In this document: positions 13,401 to 25,808 of the stretch, piece after piece
How positions within the stretch are numbered: position 1 is the stretch's first letter
Layout of the letters: the number at the start of each line of letters is the position of its first letter
NCBI GenBank assembly: GCA_043228905.1
Contig: JBHGNT010000013.1
Span: 20,026,001-20,090,000 of the forward strand
From: Azolla caroliniana
Taxonomy: Eukaryota > Plantae > Polypodiophyta
Length of the DNA stretch: 64,000 nucleotides
Direction: 5' to 3'
Notes under the pieces: model-generated
Databases searched by the model: none
Told to the model about the DNA's origin: nothing
The model's input: the letters and a program-made list of their open reading frames with translations, nothing else
Position numbers and translations under genes: made by a program

Positions 13401-16400
13401 TGAATATTTTTGTTCTCATCATTGCTTGCAGAATGGATTGATTTTCCCCGAGAAGGGAATAACAACAGCTTTGACAAATGCCGCCGTAGATTTGACTTGG
13501 TGAGATTATTAACGGCATTATTTTATTTAACACAATTCATGTGCAGACCACCATTCAATATAAAAACACCTTATGAATTTGTAAGGAAACACTTTTGTTG
13601 TGCTGTAATGTCAGTCACATCCTGAACTTTGTTTCACAGGGAGATGCAAGTTTTTTAAGATATAAGGGACTGCAAGAGTTTGACTGTGCAATGCAACTAT
13701 TGGAAGAGAAATATGGGGTATTGCTTATATCTTTCCACTCTAAATAACAGTGCACTATAAATAACCCTGCAAATTCTCATGTCCTGAGTTCAACTGCAGT
13801 TCATGCTATCAGAGCATCAGTATATTTCACGAAAGGATGAGGGTGATAAGGTCATTGTCTTTGAAAAAGGTGATCTAGTTTTTGTTTTCAACTTCCACTG
13901 GGAGAAAAGCTACACAAATTATAGAGTGGGATGTTTGAAATCTGGCACATACAAGGTGGTTATCTCGTGCTTTTATGCAAATCATTTTCGTATTATTATC
14001 CTGTTTAAATAATTGTATAATTTTTCGAATTCAGCAAGGATAAATTATGACTTGATGGAGTTATATGTAGAATCTACTCATGTTTAGGGACAATACAACT
14101 TTTTGATTCTCAGGAAGATGATACTTTTTCTTTCTTTTTTGTTTGACTCAGAAAAAATATTATTATGAAGAATGACTAAAGAACAAGCTTACATGCAGAA
14201 CTAACTGAAATGGGTTTCCTTTTAGTTCCCAAGAAAACTTCTTATCGTGTGTCTGAATCTTTCTGTAACCTGTCCATCTGCCTTTGAGAGCATGAGTCTG
14301 AATCCAAATGTGATTTGATTCCGAGGTAGATTATTCACCTGTTATATGGCCATCTTGCATCACATCTGGGTCCAGATGCATGTTTCCGCTCCCCAAGAAT
14401 TCCCATTTGAATCTACATTGAATTGTCTGTACACGAGGAATTTTCTCACCCAAAATCCCATTCTTCTTGCTGAGAGAAGAGACTTAGTGGTATCCATTTA
14501 AATCCCCTCTATTTCAGTAGCTTGTTTTGCAGTTTTGCACCTAAGTGGGACCACCAATTTCTACTGTTGGGTTTATATGCAAGTTTCTGTCGTCCAGTAT
14601 TGGAGCAGCCCAATCACATTCTCTCGCTTACTTTCTCTCCCATTCTTGCATTCCCTCGCTTTGCCCTTGTTCACCCACGTTTCCCACTATTGACATGTCA
14701 CATCATGACAATGTTAGACAAGAGCTAAGAAACAAGCTGGATGCAAAATCAGAAGGTGAGATGGGTTACCGAATTTGGTTACCTCATCTCCGAAAGGTAA
14801 TCAGAAGTCGTGATGTTGTATTCAATGAAGCAACGTTGCTCAAAAGCAATTGTACTTCATTAGAATCAACAAAAATAGTGAAATTTCAACAGCGGCCAAT
14901 CATTGGCTCAAGAATAACATCTCTGGGTGATGATGAACAAGTAGAGATCTACAAACCAGTTCTATTGCCAGAAGATGGACGACACAACAGAGAAATGTTA
15001 AACCCTGAAGATGAAGATAAAATACCACCACCTACAAATGAAGAAATAACTGCTGAACTATAGGATGAAGATATTCCATTAGATTTGGAACCAATTCCAG
15101 ATAATGTAGATCACTGGGTTAGGAGATCAACACAGCTGAGGTGTCCAACCCAAAGGTATGATCCATTTCTTCATCAAATTCTCATAACAGATAAAGGGGA
15201 CCTTCTCACTCTTAAAGAGGCTAGGACATGTGAGCATTCTAACAAGTGGGAGCTCGCTATGCAAGAGGAGATCAAAGCACTCTATGAGAATAAAAAGGCT
15301 ATGCCCAACTAGTGGGTCTACAAGGTAAGGACTCCAGAAGGTAAACCCAAGTATAAGGCTCGTTTAGCAGCCAAAGGGTACAAGCAAATACAAGGAATTG
15401 ATTTTCAGGAGGTTGTTGCTCCAATTGTCAAAATGACTACACTAAGAACACCTTTTGGTATTACAGCCTTCCTAGATTTGGAGCTGTATCAAATGGATGT
15501 AAAAATGGCTTTCGCCTAGATGCGGAACTTTATATGTTACAGCCTGAAGCGTTCTCAATTCCAGGAAAAGAGCATTTAATTTGTAAACTTCAATGCAGCC
15601 TGTACGGGCTGAAACAAGCCCCACGTCTTGGGTATAAGAAATTTGATTCTTTCATGCTCTCAAATGGCGTCAATTGAAGTATGGAAGATTCTTGTCTTTA
15701 TATGAAAAAGGAAACTAATGGCAGTCCCATTATTTTGGTTTTGTATGTTGATGACATGCAGATTGAAAAGAATTACCAATCGCGGTAATAAAATATCTTT
15801 TGGAAAGTTTGCTCTCCAAGCTCTCGAACCTTCATTGGAATGTCACCGTCTCATTGACAACACGAATGATAACAAATTGACAATATGAATAGTCACGTTA
15901 GTTTCCCATTCTTAAGCATGGATTATTATACAATAATCTTCATTTTCTTTTTTACTGTTGGGGTTGATGATATTTTCGATCCTTCACCCGTTCACGTCCT
16001 CATGTCCAAAAAGCTCTAACTACATAGAATTTGACAGTCCATCTTACGTTCATGCATGATAAAAGTTTGCAGGAATGAAAATGCAAACTCAAATCTGCAT
16101 TTTCTATGAAAGATCTTGGAAACTGACCACATTCTTGGGATAAGAAGCAAACGGGACAGGCAAAAGAAGTTACTATATGTGTCTCAAGAGAAGTACATTG
16201 AGAAGGTATTAGAAAGATTTCAGATGACTGATGCAAAGTCATCTTTAGTGCCTCTTCGATCACAAGAAAAGCTTTCAAAAGCACATTATCCCAAAGACAA
16301 AGAGGAAACAGAAAATGCAAGGTATCCCAGACACTTTAGCTTGTGGATAATTGATGGATGCAATGGTATCAACATGACCTGATATTACATATGCAGTAGG

Positions 16401-19400
16401 AATAGTAAGCAAATTTATGAGTCAACCTGGATGAAGCCATTAGGCTGTAGTCAAGTCTATCCATATGTATCTCAAAGGCACTAAGGGGAAAAGCATTTGT
16501 TATAGCAAAGGGGACTTGAATCTTCATGGCTATTGTGATTCTGATATGGCTGGAGATGTAGACACAAGAAAATCTACTTATTCCTTAGGTCACCTCAGGG
16601 GCCTTCTTCATTTCATACTTGCTGTCGACCGATCCGGGTGAATGATCTGAGTCTTCACCGGATGTCATGTCCTTGGCCTTTTGATCAGGCATCTTGCCTT
16701 TTTTTTTTTTCTACAGGTGTAGCACCAAGGTGACAACACATCAGCGGTTTCTTCATGCTGTGCAAGACTCTGATTGCTGGATGACACCTCAGGTCCAATC
16801 AGCTGGAGTGCGGGCAGACTCTCTGCTGGTTCTCCACCCATAATGGTCGTCAGCATCTCTTCTTCTTCACTCTCAGAATCTGCTCCAGATCTGCTTGTTT
16901 CGAGCACGACAGGGGTCCCTGATGTTGGGCCATACCATGATGTGACCTCATAAAATACCACATCTCGGCTTACTTGTGACTGTTGAGTGATACAGTTAAA
17001 ACACTTATAACCCGTTTGCTCAAGTGAGTAACCGACAAAGATCATCTTCTCCGATTTTGGGTCAAGCTTTCTCCGCTTCTCATCGGGGACATGCACAAAT
17101 GCAATGCTGCCAAAAACCTCCAAGTGCAAAAGGTCTGGCTTTGTCCCAAAATACTTCTCATGAGGGGTGATGTCATGGACACCCTCGGTCGTGCACCTAT
17201 TGATGAGATACACAGCTGTAACTGCTGCCTCTGCCCAATAGATCTTGGGCATGTTCTTCTCATGCAGCATGGTGCGGGCCATCTCAATAATTGTGCGATT
17301 CTTCCGCTCAGCAACACCGTTTTTCTGTGGTGTGTACAGGCAAGAGAATTCCCAGCGAATCCCCTTCTCTTCTAGAAAGGCCTTGAACTCGGTTGAGAAG
17401 TATTCTTGGCCACCATCAGACCGTAAGCATCGAATCTTGCGATTTGTCTCATTTTCCACGCAATTCTTTAACTTGAGAAAGTGGGAGAAGACCTCACATT
17501 TCAACTTCATCGGGGATATCCAGGTATGCCGCGAATAATCGTCAATGAAGGTAACGAAGTACCTACACCCACCAATTGTCCCTGTTTGAGCAGGGCCCCA
17601 TATATCTTAGTGGATGACGTCCAGCAAGCCTTTACTCACATTTCTTTCGCTTAGGAATGGATGCCTATGTTGCTTGCCTAGCTGGCACGCCTCACATACA
17701 TTATCATGACGTTTCTCTTTATAATATCGGGGGCTGTTTCCTGAGCTCCTTCGATATAACTCCAATACCCTTGCCCAACTAGGTATTGCTGCATCTTATA
17801 TTCCCCAGATGCGTAATTGTGCCTGTCCAACTTCTCTGTTGGAAGTGTGCTACCCATTTGTGCATTCATTTTTCTGATTTAGCTTGATTCGTATGATCGT
17901 GTTAACGCGAGCCTCCTGCTGTGCAACACTACAACGACGATAGCAGGTTTTAATATAGCGTCTCTAGCTGCTCACACCGTTTCAATGGTAGAGCTTAGTG
18001 AAGGATCTCTAACCCTCACACTTTGATACCATGTAAAGAATCGAACTCTAGTAGAGTTGAGTACTGAGAAGCGTAGTGTGTGTGTGAGAGAGTGTGCATG
18101 TATAAGCAAGAGAAGGAATCAGAGAGAATAACCAGAAAAAAAGAAAACACACAGTAGGGGGATGACAGCTTATGCACTTAAGAGAGCTATATTAATTAAC
18201 TAAAGATCATCAACAAAACAGAATAGGCAAAGGGGGTTTTATATACAAGTCCTCAAGGGACTGCCATATTAAATGTGTTGGTAAAATCAAACCAAGATAT
18301 CCATTTGAGTACGATTTTGTCATAAGAATATCAAATATTCTTTGACCACATTAACACTCGACAACTACACGGATTACAATAAAGTGTGCTCATACACACT
18401 CGATAACTACACGGAGTACAATAAAGTGTGCTCACACATCGTCGTTTTCTTCATAAACACATGTTCACACAATTTGAGCTTGATTCTCAACATGTGCTAT
18501 ACAAAAAGGAGCTTCATGATAGAGTGCATAAGGATGTAGATGCACGCTCCATGTGGATACGAATCAAAAGAGAGGATCTTAGGGAGTTATATATTGCAAT
18601 TTGCTACTTTCCACCTGCCTACTCAAGGTTTGGACCTCTAAGTGAATCGCCATATCTACCATTATATGATGATATCATAAGATTTGCTACTATGGGGGAC
18701 ATAATACTATTAGGAGATTTTAATGCACGAACCAAGGATGAACAAACAACAATGTTTAACACCAACGAGGCTGTTTATGGAGAAGTTATGGTAGAAGAGG
18801 TTGGTCTAAAGCGACAAGCACAAGATATGAGTGCTATAACTGAATATGGAAAACCCTTTCTAGCCTTGGGAAGTGTGCATGGATTTGTGATATATAATGG
18901 CTTGTCACAATGGCATGGATAAGATGCTTTGACATGTTGGAACCCAAAAGAAGAGGCAAGCACATTCGATTATCTAATGGGATCCCCATCTCTTATACCT
19001 GAAATAAAATAGTTCACTATATCGGGTAGACCTATTGGCTTGGCAACAGATCATGCATATCTACGCTTCGAGGTAAGGGATGTATATACAAAGGATGTAT
19101 ATGCTAAGGAGAGTGGGCTGGCTAAGTATCTATTTACTCGTGAGACAATTGATGTGTATAGTTGTGGTGTATACAATGGCATGCTCGATTTGGATCCTTT
19201 CACACCCCTTGAAGAACTCTTATACCTGAAATAAAAGAGTTCATTATATTGGGTAGACCTATTGGCTTGGCAACAGATAATGCATATCTACGCTCCGAGG
19301 TAAAGGATGGATGCACAAAGGATGTATATGCTAAGGAGAGTGGGCTGGCTAAGTATCTATTTACTCGCGGGACAATTGATGTGTATAGTTGTGGCGTATA

Positions 19401-22400
19401 CAATGGCATGCTGGATTTGGATCCTTTCACACCCCTTGAAGAACTTACCCAAGGATTGTCAAAATCATTGCATAAAGCAGCCACAAATGCCTTTCCTCAC
19501 ACAACGGCCAATCCCCCCAAACACGGTAGAGTAATACAAAATAGTTGGTATGATGACGAATGTCGTGATACAAGGAGAAGCTTGCAGCGTGATGTAACTC
19601 GGGGCATTTATACACACAAACAAGCGAGAGCAACATTCCAACGCCTCGTAAGGAGGAAGAAGAGATTGTATTGGGCTAAATTTGAAGATCATTTGTATCA
19701 CTTGTTTCTAGGACAAGAAAGTAAAAGAGCATGGAAAATGTTTAATGAGAGCCAACCTACCACACAACTGACCTCACCTCAGGTGTGGCATGAATATGCA
19801 AAGGTTCTATATGGTATCCCGGGGCAACCTCCTCTTCCCCACCCACATGGCTCCTGCCCACATGAATCAACCTTTTTTACTCCACAAAATATAAGAAATG
19901 CCATTGATCGGCTACAATTTGGGAAGGCCCAAGATCATGATGGATTGGTGGGTGAGCACTTTATCTTGCTCGTGACACCTTGCTCCCATTGCTAGCACAC
20001 ATCTTTAATAGAGCCATGTGTGAAGGTTTCCCTCTAGGTGGACTCAGCATGCGGAGATCCCATGATGCCAAGCAATTATAGGACAATCATGATTGGCCAT
20101 TACTTGGCTAAACTATATGGGTTGATTCTCAATCAGAATTGAGTATATGGGCAGAGCAGAATGGCTGCCGTTCAGTTGGACAGGCAGGCTTTCAGAAGGG
20201 GTTCACAACTTTGGATCACATATTCACCCTCCGGGCCCTTATTCAGGAGGGCAGAGCCCACAATAAGAGGATTTATTGCTGATCTGTGGATTTTCGAAAA
20301 GCCTTCGACACTGTGCCCCGTGCTCGGCTTATGCAGCGGCTAGAAGCCCTTGGTGTTCCTACAGATATGCAATGGGGGATCTATGCATTCTATGAATCTG
20401 TGTCAAGAAAAGTCCAGTCTTCTAAGGGCTTGTCAGAGGCGGTGGCTAGCACAATTGGAGTGAAGCAAGGATGCCCACTATCCCCCACTCTCTTTGGTCT
20501 CTATATAGATGAGGTATCACATTACATAGAGAGATTCGGGGGTTCCGGAGCACGCCTAGTAGGTATAGCTATACAAATATTGCTATATACTGATGTTATT
20601 GTTTTGATTTTTGACTCTCTGGAGGGACTACAAAGACATCTAAATGCCTTAAAACTATTTTGTACGGACAAAGGTTTGTCAATCAACTTGTATAAAACTA
20701 AAGTGATGGTGTTTAACACCACTCAAGCATGGGTAAAGGGAGCAACACCTATAATCACTGAGGCATTGTTTCAATCAGTGACATTTATCCAACGTCTTTG
20801 GGAGCTCCCTAAACGAAGGTACCCAAAGTTGGCACTTATGTCATCAAGACAACTGGCTGAAGAGACATTCATTGTTGGTATGATGAAATGTAGCAATGGT
20901 TCGAGTCACATGGCATGAGTATCAATGCACTACCCCCGTTCAAATATAGCTTGGATTGTCCCCATCTAAATATGACCAAAGTGGAAAAGAATAGAGTTAT
21001 CCGAACTGATATTATTATCTTGGAAAGCAAGACAACATGGATCAGCCCCAAAATACCACTTGGTACAAAGATGGCCCACTATAAGACACACTTCTTACAC
21101 ACATCGGAGGATGGATTTGTCATTACGCCACCTTATATGGACATACATCTATCCTATGTGCTGCGTAGTGTGATAGGGCAGCTAAGAACTTCATCACATC
21201 AGTTACCGATTGAGGTAGGTAGATATACACGACTACCTCTAGAAGAGAGAATTTGCCAATTGTGTCATCAAAGAGTGGAATCTGAGGAATACTATGTTTG
21301 TCATTGTAGTGTCTTTTATGAAATCAGAGGGAGATACCATTGCCTCTTTAAACAAGGCTTTGGCCCACTATGCAAGGTAATGGAATATGAAGACCAACAA
21401 TGCCTAGGACTTTTATTCGTAGAGCTCAAGAGACATCGGGAAAAGTTGTTGAAGAATACAGCCACAAGCTCATCAACAAAGAACAATCACAACTTTCTTT
21501 AGCCCCATCACTCCTACTAATGCTACAAGTCAATCACGGGATACACAACTGGGCTCCAGATCAGGACATAACAAAGGGGTTACAATTGATCAGGCAATAG
21601 CAATTTGCCATGCACATAGGCCCATGGACCACGACCTCCACACCCTTGTCATGAACTGATAAAAGCCATTATCTCTCGCTATCGTAGGTGCTTCTCTCTC
21701 TTCGGAGACATTTCCATTCTGGATCGACCTATGCTAGAGATCTTTCGAAGACAAAAGCTACAATATACCTAACTTGAGAATCTCACATGTGCCAAAAACC
21801 AGATTCCCTCGTTTCCTTTCTTTTCATCTTATTTACTTTTATATTTACTGTGTAATATTTATTTTATTTTGATTTGTTCTGAAAGATGAGACAACATTTA
21901 AGATGTAATCTCTTGTTTGGTCTTATAGGCCATTCTGGCCTCTTAAAAGACGTTAATATATCTTTCTTTCTTTTTTTCTATATCTCTGCCGTTAGATATT
22001 TCAGGAAACCATCATTCTATCTTCTACTTGCTTACACAACTATCCTCTGAAGTGTAGAGCACCGTAAAATAGCTCAACCTACAAGGGTATATACATAGGC
22101 ACTTCTGGACTTGTGTATATCCACATCACTTTCCATGTCTGAATCACAAGATCCCTTTCACTTTAATGGACATTTTCCATAACATAGGCATTTACCTTTG
22201 GTCCCAATGAGCTCTACCAGGATTAGCCATGAATCTGCTAACAACTCCAACTGCATGCGCATTGTCTGGCCGAGTGGAAACCATAGCATACATAAGTGAA
22301 AAACAAACTGATGCATATGGAACCATATGGAACATATGCATCATTGACTGCATTACGAGAAGAGTGTTGATTGGAGACAAAAGTGATGGGGAGGAGTGAA

Positions 22401-24978
22401 GAAAAGAAAGATATCTCAAAAACTCGTATAACCTTGGAGAGCAATAAAGCGAAATAGATACAAATTGATTGGTAAAAGTTCCTGAGATTGCATGATAGTT
22501 GATTGCTTAATGTTGTGACTTAAGATAGGAGAGAGATTCCTGTCTTTGAAAGATGTCCAAACATGGGGGACCCAGGATACAGAGGTCTGCAAAGTGAGGG
22601 AGGCACCTTTTCAATTGGGTGATATGGCGAAGCTGTGTTTGTGATGGATGCAATCTATGTGCACAAGAAATTGCTATTGCCCAGTATCCTCTTCACAAGG
22701 TTGTGGTTGAGGCTTTACTTGTCTAGCATAGGAAAGAGGCAGGGTGCTACTAAAGAAGTTTTTTATTCTTTTGTTGTTGATCAGTTTCTGTGGTGATATC
22801 TCCCATGGGAGCTTGGTCTTGTAGATGTGTACATTGTCTTTCAAGAGCACCAAGTGCTGCATATCAATGAGGAAGTTGAGCATATATACCTTCTTGTATG
22901 GACATCCAAGGCTTTGTGAAAGTTATTTCTAGGTGTGTGTAGAGTGTATGCCAGCTTTTCTCTCCTAATGAGAATTCCAGTTCTAATCGCATTACCTGTG
23001 CTCGAGTCTTCGTAAACATCACTGTAGTTTAATAAGGTTTATGATAAAAAAAATTGTGTAAACCATCTAGATATCTTTGTAGTCCTTCTGGAGAATTAGG
23101 AATTAGTCCTTCTGCCGCACGTGCCCCTGAACCACCCAGTCTCTCCCAACCAGAAATTTGATAGATCAGGCAATATCCTAGTTAGTAGCTCAGTTGTGTA
23201 ATCCTTGATTGATTCGTAGCCTCATATTTGAATTATGCCACCCTGCACTATAGGTGCCATAGGTGATTTAACTGTCGTTTATCATCATAACTAACCTTTA
23301 GTCATTCATAAAAACTGATGTACCTTAAATGAACTATTTTACCTGTGTCAGGAAGAGAACATCAATGAGTAATGTGCTTTCTTTTATTTGGAGAGTACAA
23401 GAAGTGTATTCTTTTACCTGTCTCAGGCTTGAGAACATCTATAAGTCATGTGTTTTCTTCTTTTTAGAGACTATATTCTCAGTGTTATGATTTTCACAAT
23501 TTTGATACTACTGCTGAGCTTTATAATGTACAGAATTAGAATTATATCATTCAATAATTTCAAATTATGCCCTGAATATCTACTTGATGCTGATGCCAAA
23601 TTTCCAGATTGTGCTCGATTCTGATGAGAAGAGGTTTGGTGGCCATATTCGACTTGATTCAAATGCTAAATTCTTCACAACGGTAAGTTTTCCTTGCCAC
23701 TAAACAGTTATTCTTTCAGATAGTGTTTGTCAGTAATGGGTCTTGGAGTACGATTTCCACTTCCCCCTGACCGAAACCACCCACGTTAGGATTATTAGTC
23801 AATGGCTGATCGACCTCCTTTAAAGAAATCTAGATCTATGTATCCAAGAAATCTATATCAGCTGCAGGTTATTTTTAATGTCATGTCATCCTGGAATAGC
23901 CACAGTTACAAGAAATTTGCTTTGTTGTGAATTAAAAATCATCTTTATTTTGCTTATTGTAGTGCATCACTAAATATTTCCATGATAATGTGTAGCAGTA
24001 GCTAATTAAAGACCAGATAAATAATCCAATGCATGTGCACATATCCACGAACTAGTACCCATAATGCAGAATCTAAGCTCATGATAAAATCCATCATTAA
24101 AGGGGATCTATTATAACCATGAATTGGTCGTATAGTTTCGGTTTAGCAACTCTCTGGGGACCCACTTTCTAGCCATTAGATCATCATGTAACAGCTGGTC
24201 ATGATTGGATGGTTGGACCAGTTGCTTCGATCACTGAGTCTCCATTCATGATGAAAATTAGTGACAATAAAAGAAGGGGTACCCTTGGGTTTGAGATAAA
24301 TCCTGTGGGTTTGTTGAACAGAAATATATCTTTAATCAAATGCACAGAAGTGGTAAAGCAACTCCTGTGCTGTTTAATAGCATACATGCAATGACCCTTT
24401 GTTGTTGGGTTTATCTTGATATTTATAACTGCTACCAAAATTCTAGACATGAAATAAATTCATGAATTTCAACTTCCTGAAATCTTAAGCTGGGATAATC
24501 ACTTGAAAGGATGCTCATTGAAGTCAGTTAACAGATATCATTTTAAAGCTTGCATGGCTTTCAAGTTTGAGCACATTACATGTCATTTGAAAGAGATTGG
24601 CGTGGCTCAGTTGAGATAGATAGCAGTCCTCAGTCAATTGTAGGTTTTTTATTAAGGCATGCTAATTTAATATCATATGTAGGCATTTAATAGAATACGC
24701 AGGAACTTCAGTCGATCAGTAGATTGTGTAATTTAAATGTGCATGCATTTCAATTGTAAAAGATATTGCACTGAAATCGGTTTTAATTCTGTCAGTCTAA
24801 TTAGTTTATATATTGAACCTAACACCTATATAGTTTATTGTCTATGCTAACTTATTGTTCCTTGTTGCAGGAGGGATGGTTTGATGATAGACCACATTCC
24901 TTTTTGGTGTACACACCTTGCAGAACTTGTACAGTATACTGTTTGGCAAATGAAGATGGTACGCTTGCTGCATCATAG
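1000..24978 (+). CDS. SBE2: Starch branching enzyme II-type (GH13_8 1,4-alpha-glucan branching enzyme); 21 exons in window, first exon upstream
   Basis: GT-AG exons joined in frame: 1000-1166, 2170-2315, 3687-3785, 5199-5241, 5329-5388, 5469-5549, 8336-8452, 8552-8635, 9412-9533, 9688-9807, 10089-10218, 10348-10458, 11444-11572, 11653-11756, 11824-11968, 13184-13331, 13432-13499, 13640-13717, 13800-13955, 23608-23682, 24871-24978 (TAG). Motifs: [96 protein letters not shown]. Confidence 0.95.
1495..1810 (+). repeat. 158-bp direct tandem duplication containing a degenerate LINE 3'-end fragment
   Basis: 1495-1652 is repeated at 1653-1810 (tggtaatgcttagctagttac...cttaaaagacggta); no mismatch seen by eye. 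Confidence 0.9.
1855..2075 (+). mobile_element. 5'-truncated LINE 3' end with (TTTC)n tail
   Basis: Matches the 3' UTR of the long LINE at about 21760-21977 (acaatatacctaacttgag...ggcctcttaaaag...atatctttctttc). Confidence 0.85.
2446..3310 (+). mobile_element. Two adjacent diverged copies of a LINE C-terminal/3' fragment (second family)
   Basis: About 2446-2815 and 2816-3310 share catcttactac..atgagcct.ggctct.agagagcc and downstream sequence. ORF 2844-3140 contains [19 protein letters not shown], resembling a LINE C-terminal zinc motif. Confidence 0.6.
4420..4885 (+). mobile_element. Degenerate LINE 3' fragments (same family as 18493-21977)
   Basis: Contains ccattctgg..caacctatgctagagatctt, ttctcaaagacgagataacattt, and two TTTC-rich tails near 4706 and 4870. 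Confidence 0.7.
6621..6960 (-). mobile_element. LINE 3' fragment, minus orientation, (GAAA)n tail on +
   Basis: Reverse complement of about 21660-21977; nearly identical to 1855-2075. Confidence 0.88.
7441..7770 (-). mobile_element. LINE 3' fragment, minus orientation, long (AAAG)n tail
   Basis: About ten AAAG units at 7441-7482, followed by the reverse complement of the family 3' UTR. Confidence 0.8.
12770..12910 (+). mobile_element. Short LINE 3' fragment with (TTTC)n tail
   Basis: gtaatatttattttattttgatttg...caaagacgacacaacacttaaaatgtaatctc...gttaatatatctttctttctttc matches the family 3' UTR. Confidence 0.8.
14720..16578 (+). mobile_element. Degenerate Ty1/Copia pol fragment (integrase C-terminus, RT, start of RNase H) in the long SBE intron
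   Basis: Motifs across frames: [101 protein letters not shown]. Many stops and frameshifts; about 300 bp of unrelated sequence at about 15766-16075. Confidence 0.85.
16580..18492 (-). mobile_element. Truncated Ty1/Copia element (5' LTR, PBS, gag start, integrase) with a ~1.3-kb internal deletion and no RT
   Basis: Integrase ORF 16665-17510 ([29 protein letters not shown]); gag N-terminus [10 protein letters not shown] at 17678-17869; PBS tggtatcaaag on - at 18021-18031; LTR 18032-18492 bounded TG...CA. Confidence 0.9.
18032..18492 (-). repeat. Copia 5' LTR (copy 1)
   Basis: Abuts the iMet PBS; homologous to 28728-29161; contains a 42-bp internal tandem duplication at about 18354-18437. Confidence 0.85.
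18493..21977 (+). mobile_element. Non-LTR retrotransposon (RTE/RTEX-like LINE), 5'-truncated and disrupted
   Basis: APE endonuclease ([23 protein letters not shown]); linker WYDDEC; RT ([34 protein letters not shown]); C-terminal [30 protein letters not shown]; 3' UTR ending in (TTTC)n. Contains a 227-bp internal duplication at 18991-19444. Confidence 0.9.
22090..22330 (-). mobile_element. Copia RT/RNase H boundary fragment
   Basis: [32 protein letters not shown], then a CDSDM-like motif further downstream on -. Confidence 0.75.
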
Positions 24979-25808
24979 CACTGATGGAAAGGGAATACTT
25001 CTTTATTGTATGTAGGGTGAGTCTCATCCCCCATATTTCAACTTCTGGATATTTATCTTTTTCTCAAAAAATGTTGTTTTACGGAAGAGCTAATTGAATG
25101 TATATGATATGCTCTACTTATACTGGTAATTAATAGTTAGTCTAGAAATCTATTCGGTTCTGAATATTTAGAATACTTTTGTGCCCTAATCAAGGTTATC
25201 ATACATATTTTGTCCAAAGTATTTATATACTTTAGTTTCAGCTGTTAAGCTGGGAATGTTGTATATCCTACATTTTAGTTTCAGCCTTTATGCTGGGAAT
25301 GTTGTATATCCTACACTTTACTATGATTTAGAGGAGATAAGGCTGTGTAAATACATCATGAAAATTATATAATTATGTGTATGATATATAATTATATTAT
25401 AGTACAAAATATTCAAGAAATGTATTGAAGCTGCCAAAAGCAATGAGCAGAGAGAAATTTAAAATGGCTATTTATCGAGGTTGGTCGCTCACTGAGGACA
25501 TCTCCTGTGATTTATATGGTTTATTGTATATGATATTCATATACAATAAGCTATATAAATATATTTATATACTAGAACAGCCAAAATATGAAAAGGGTGG
25601 CTGCTCACTACAGGCATCTCCTGTGATGGGCTCAATATTGCTCGCCGTCTAAATTTATGTGCTCCTATAATAGCATTTCTAATAGAGGTGGGATTACAAG
25701 TTCCTGCTACGTGTGAACACATACACACACGCGCATATATTGGTTAATGTTTCCTTTGTTGCTTAAGAGCCTAACCTGTCTCTCCCATTTCCACCCATGT
25801 CTCTTTTT

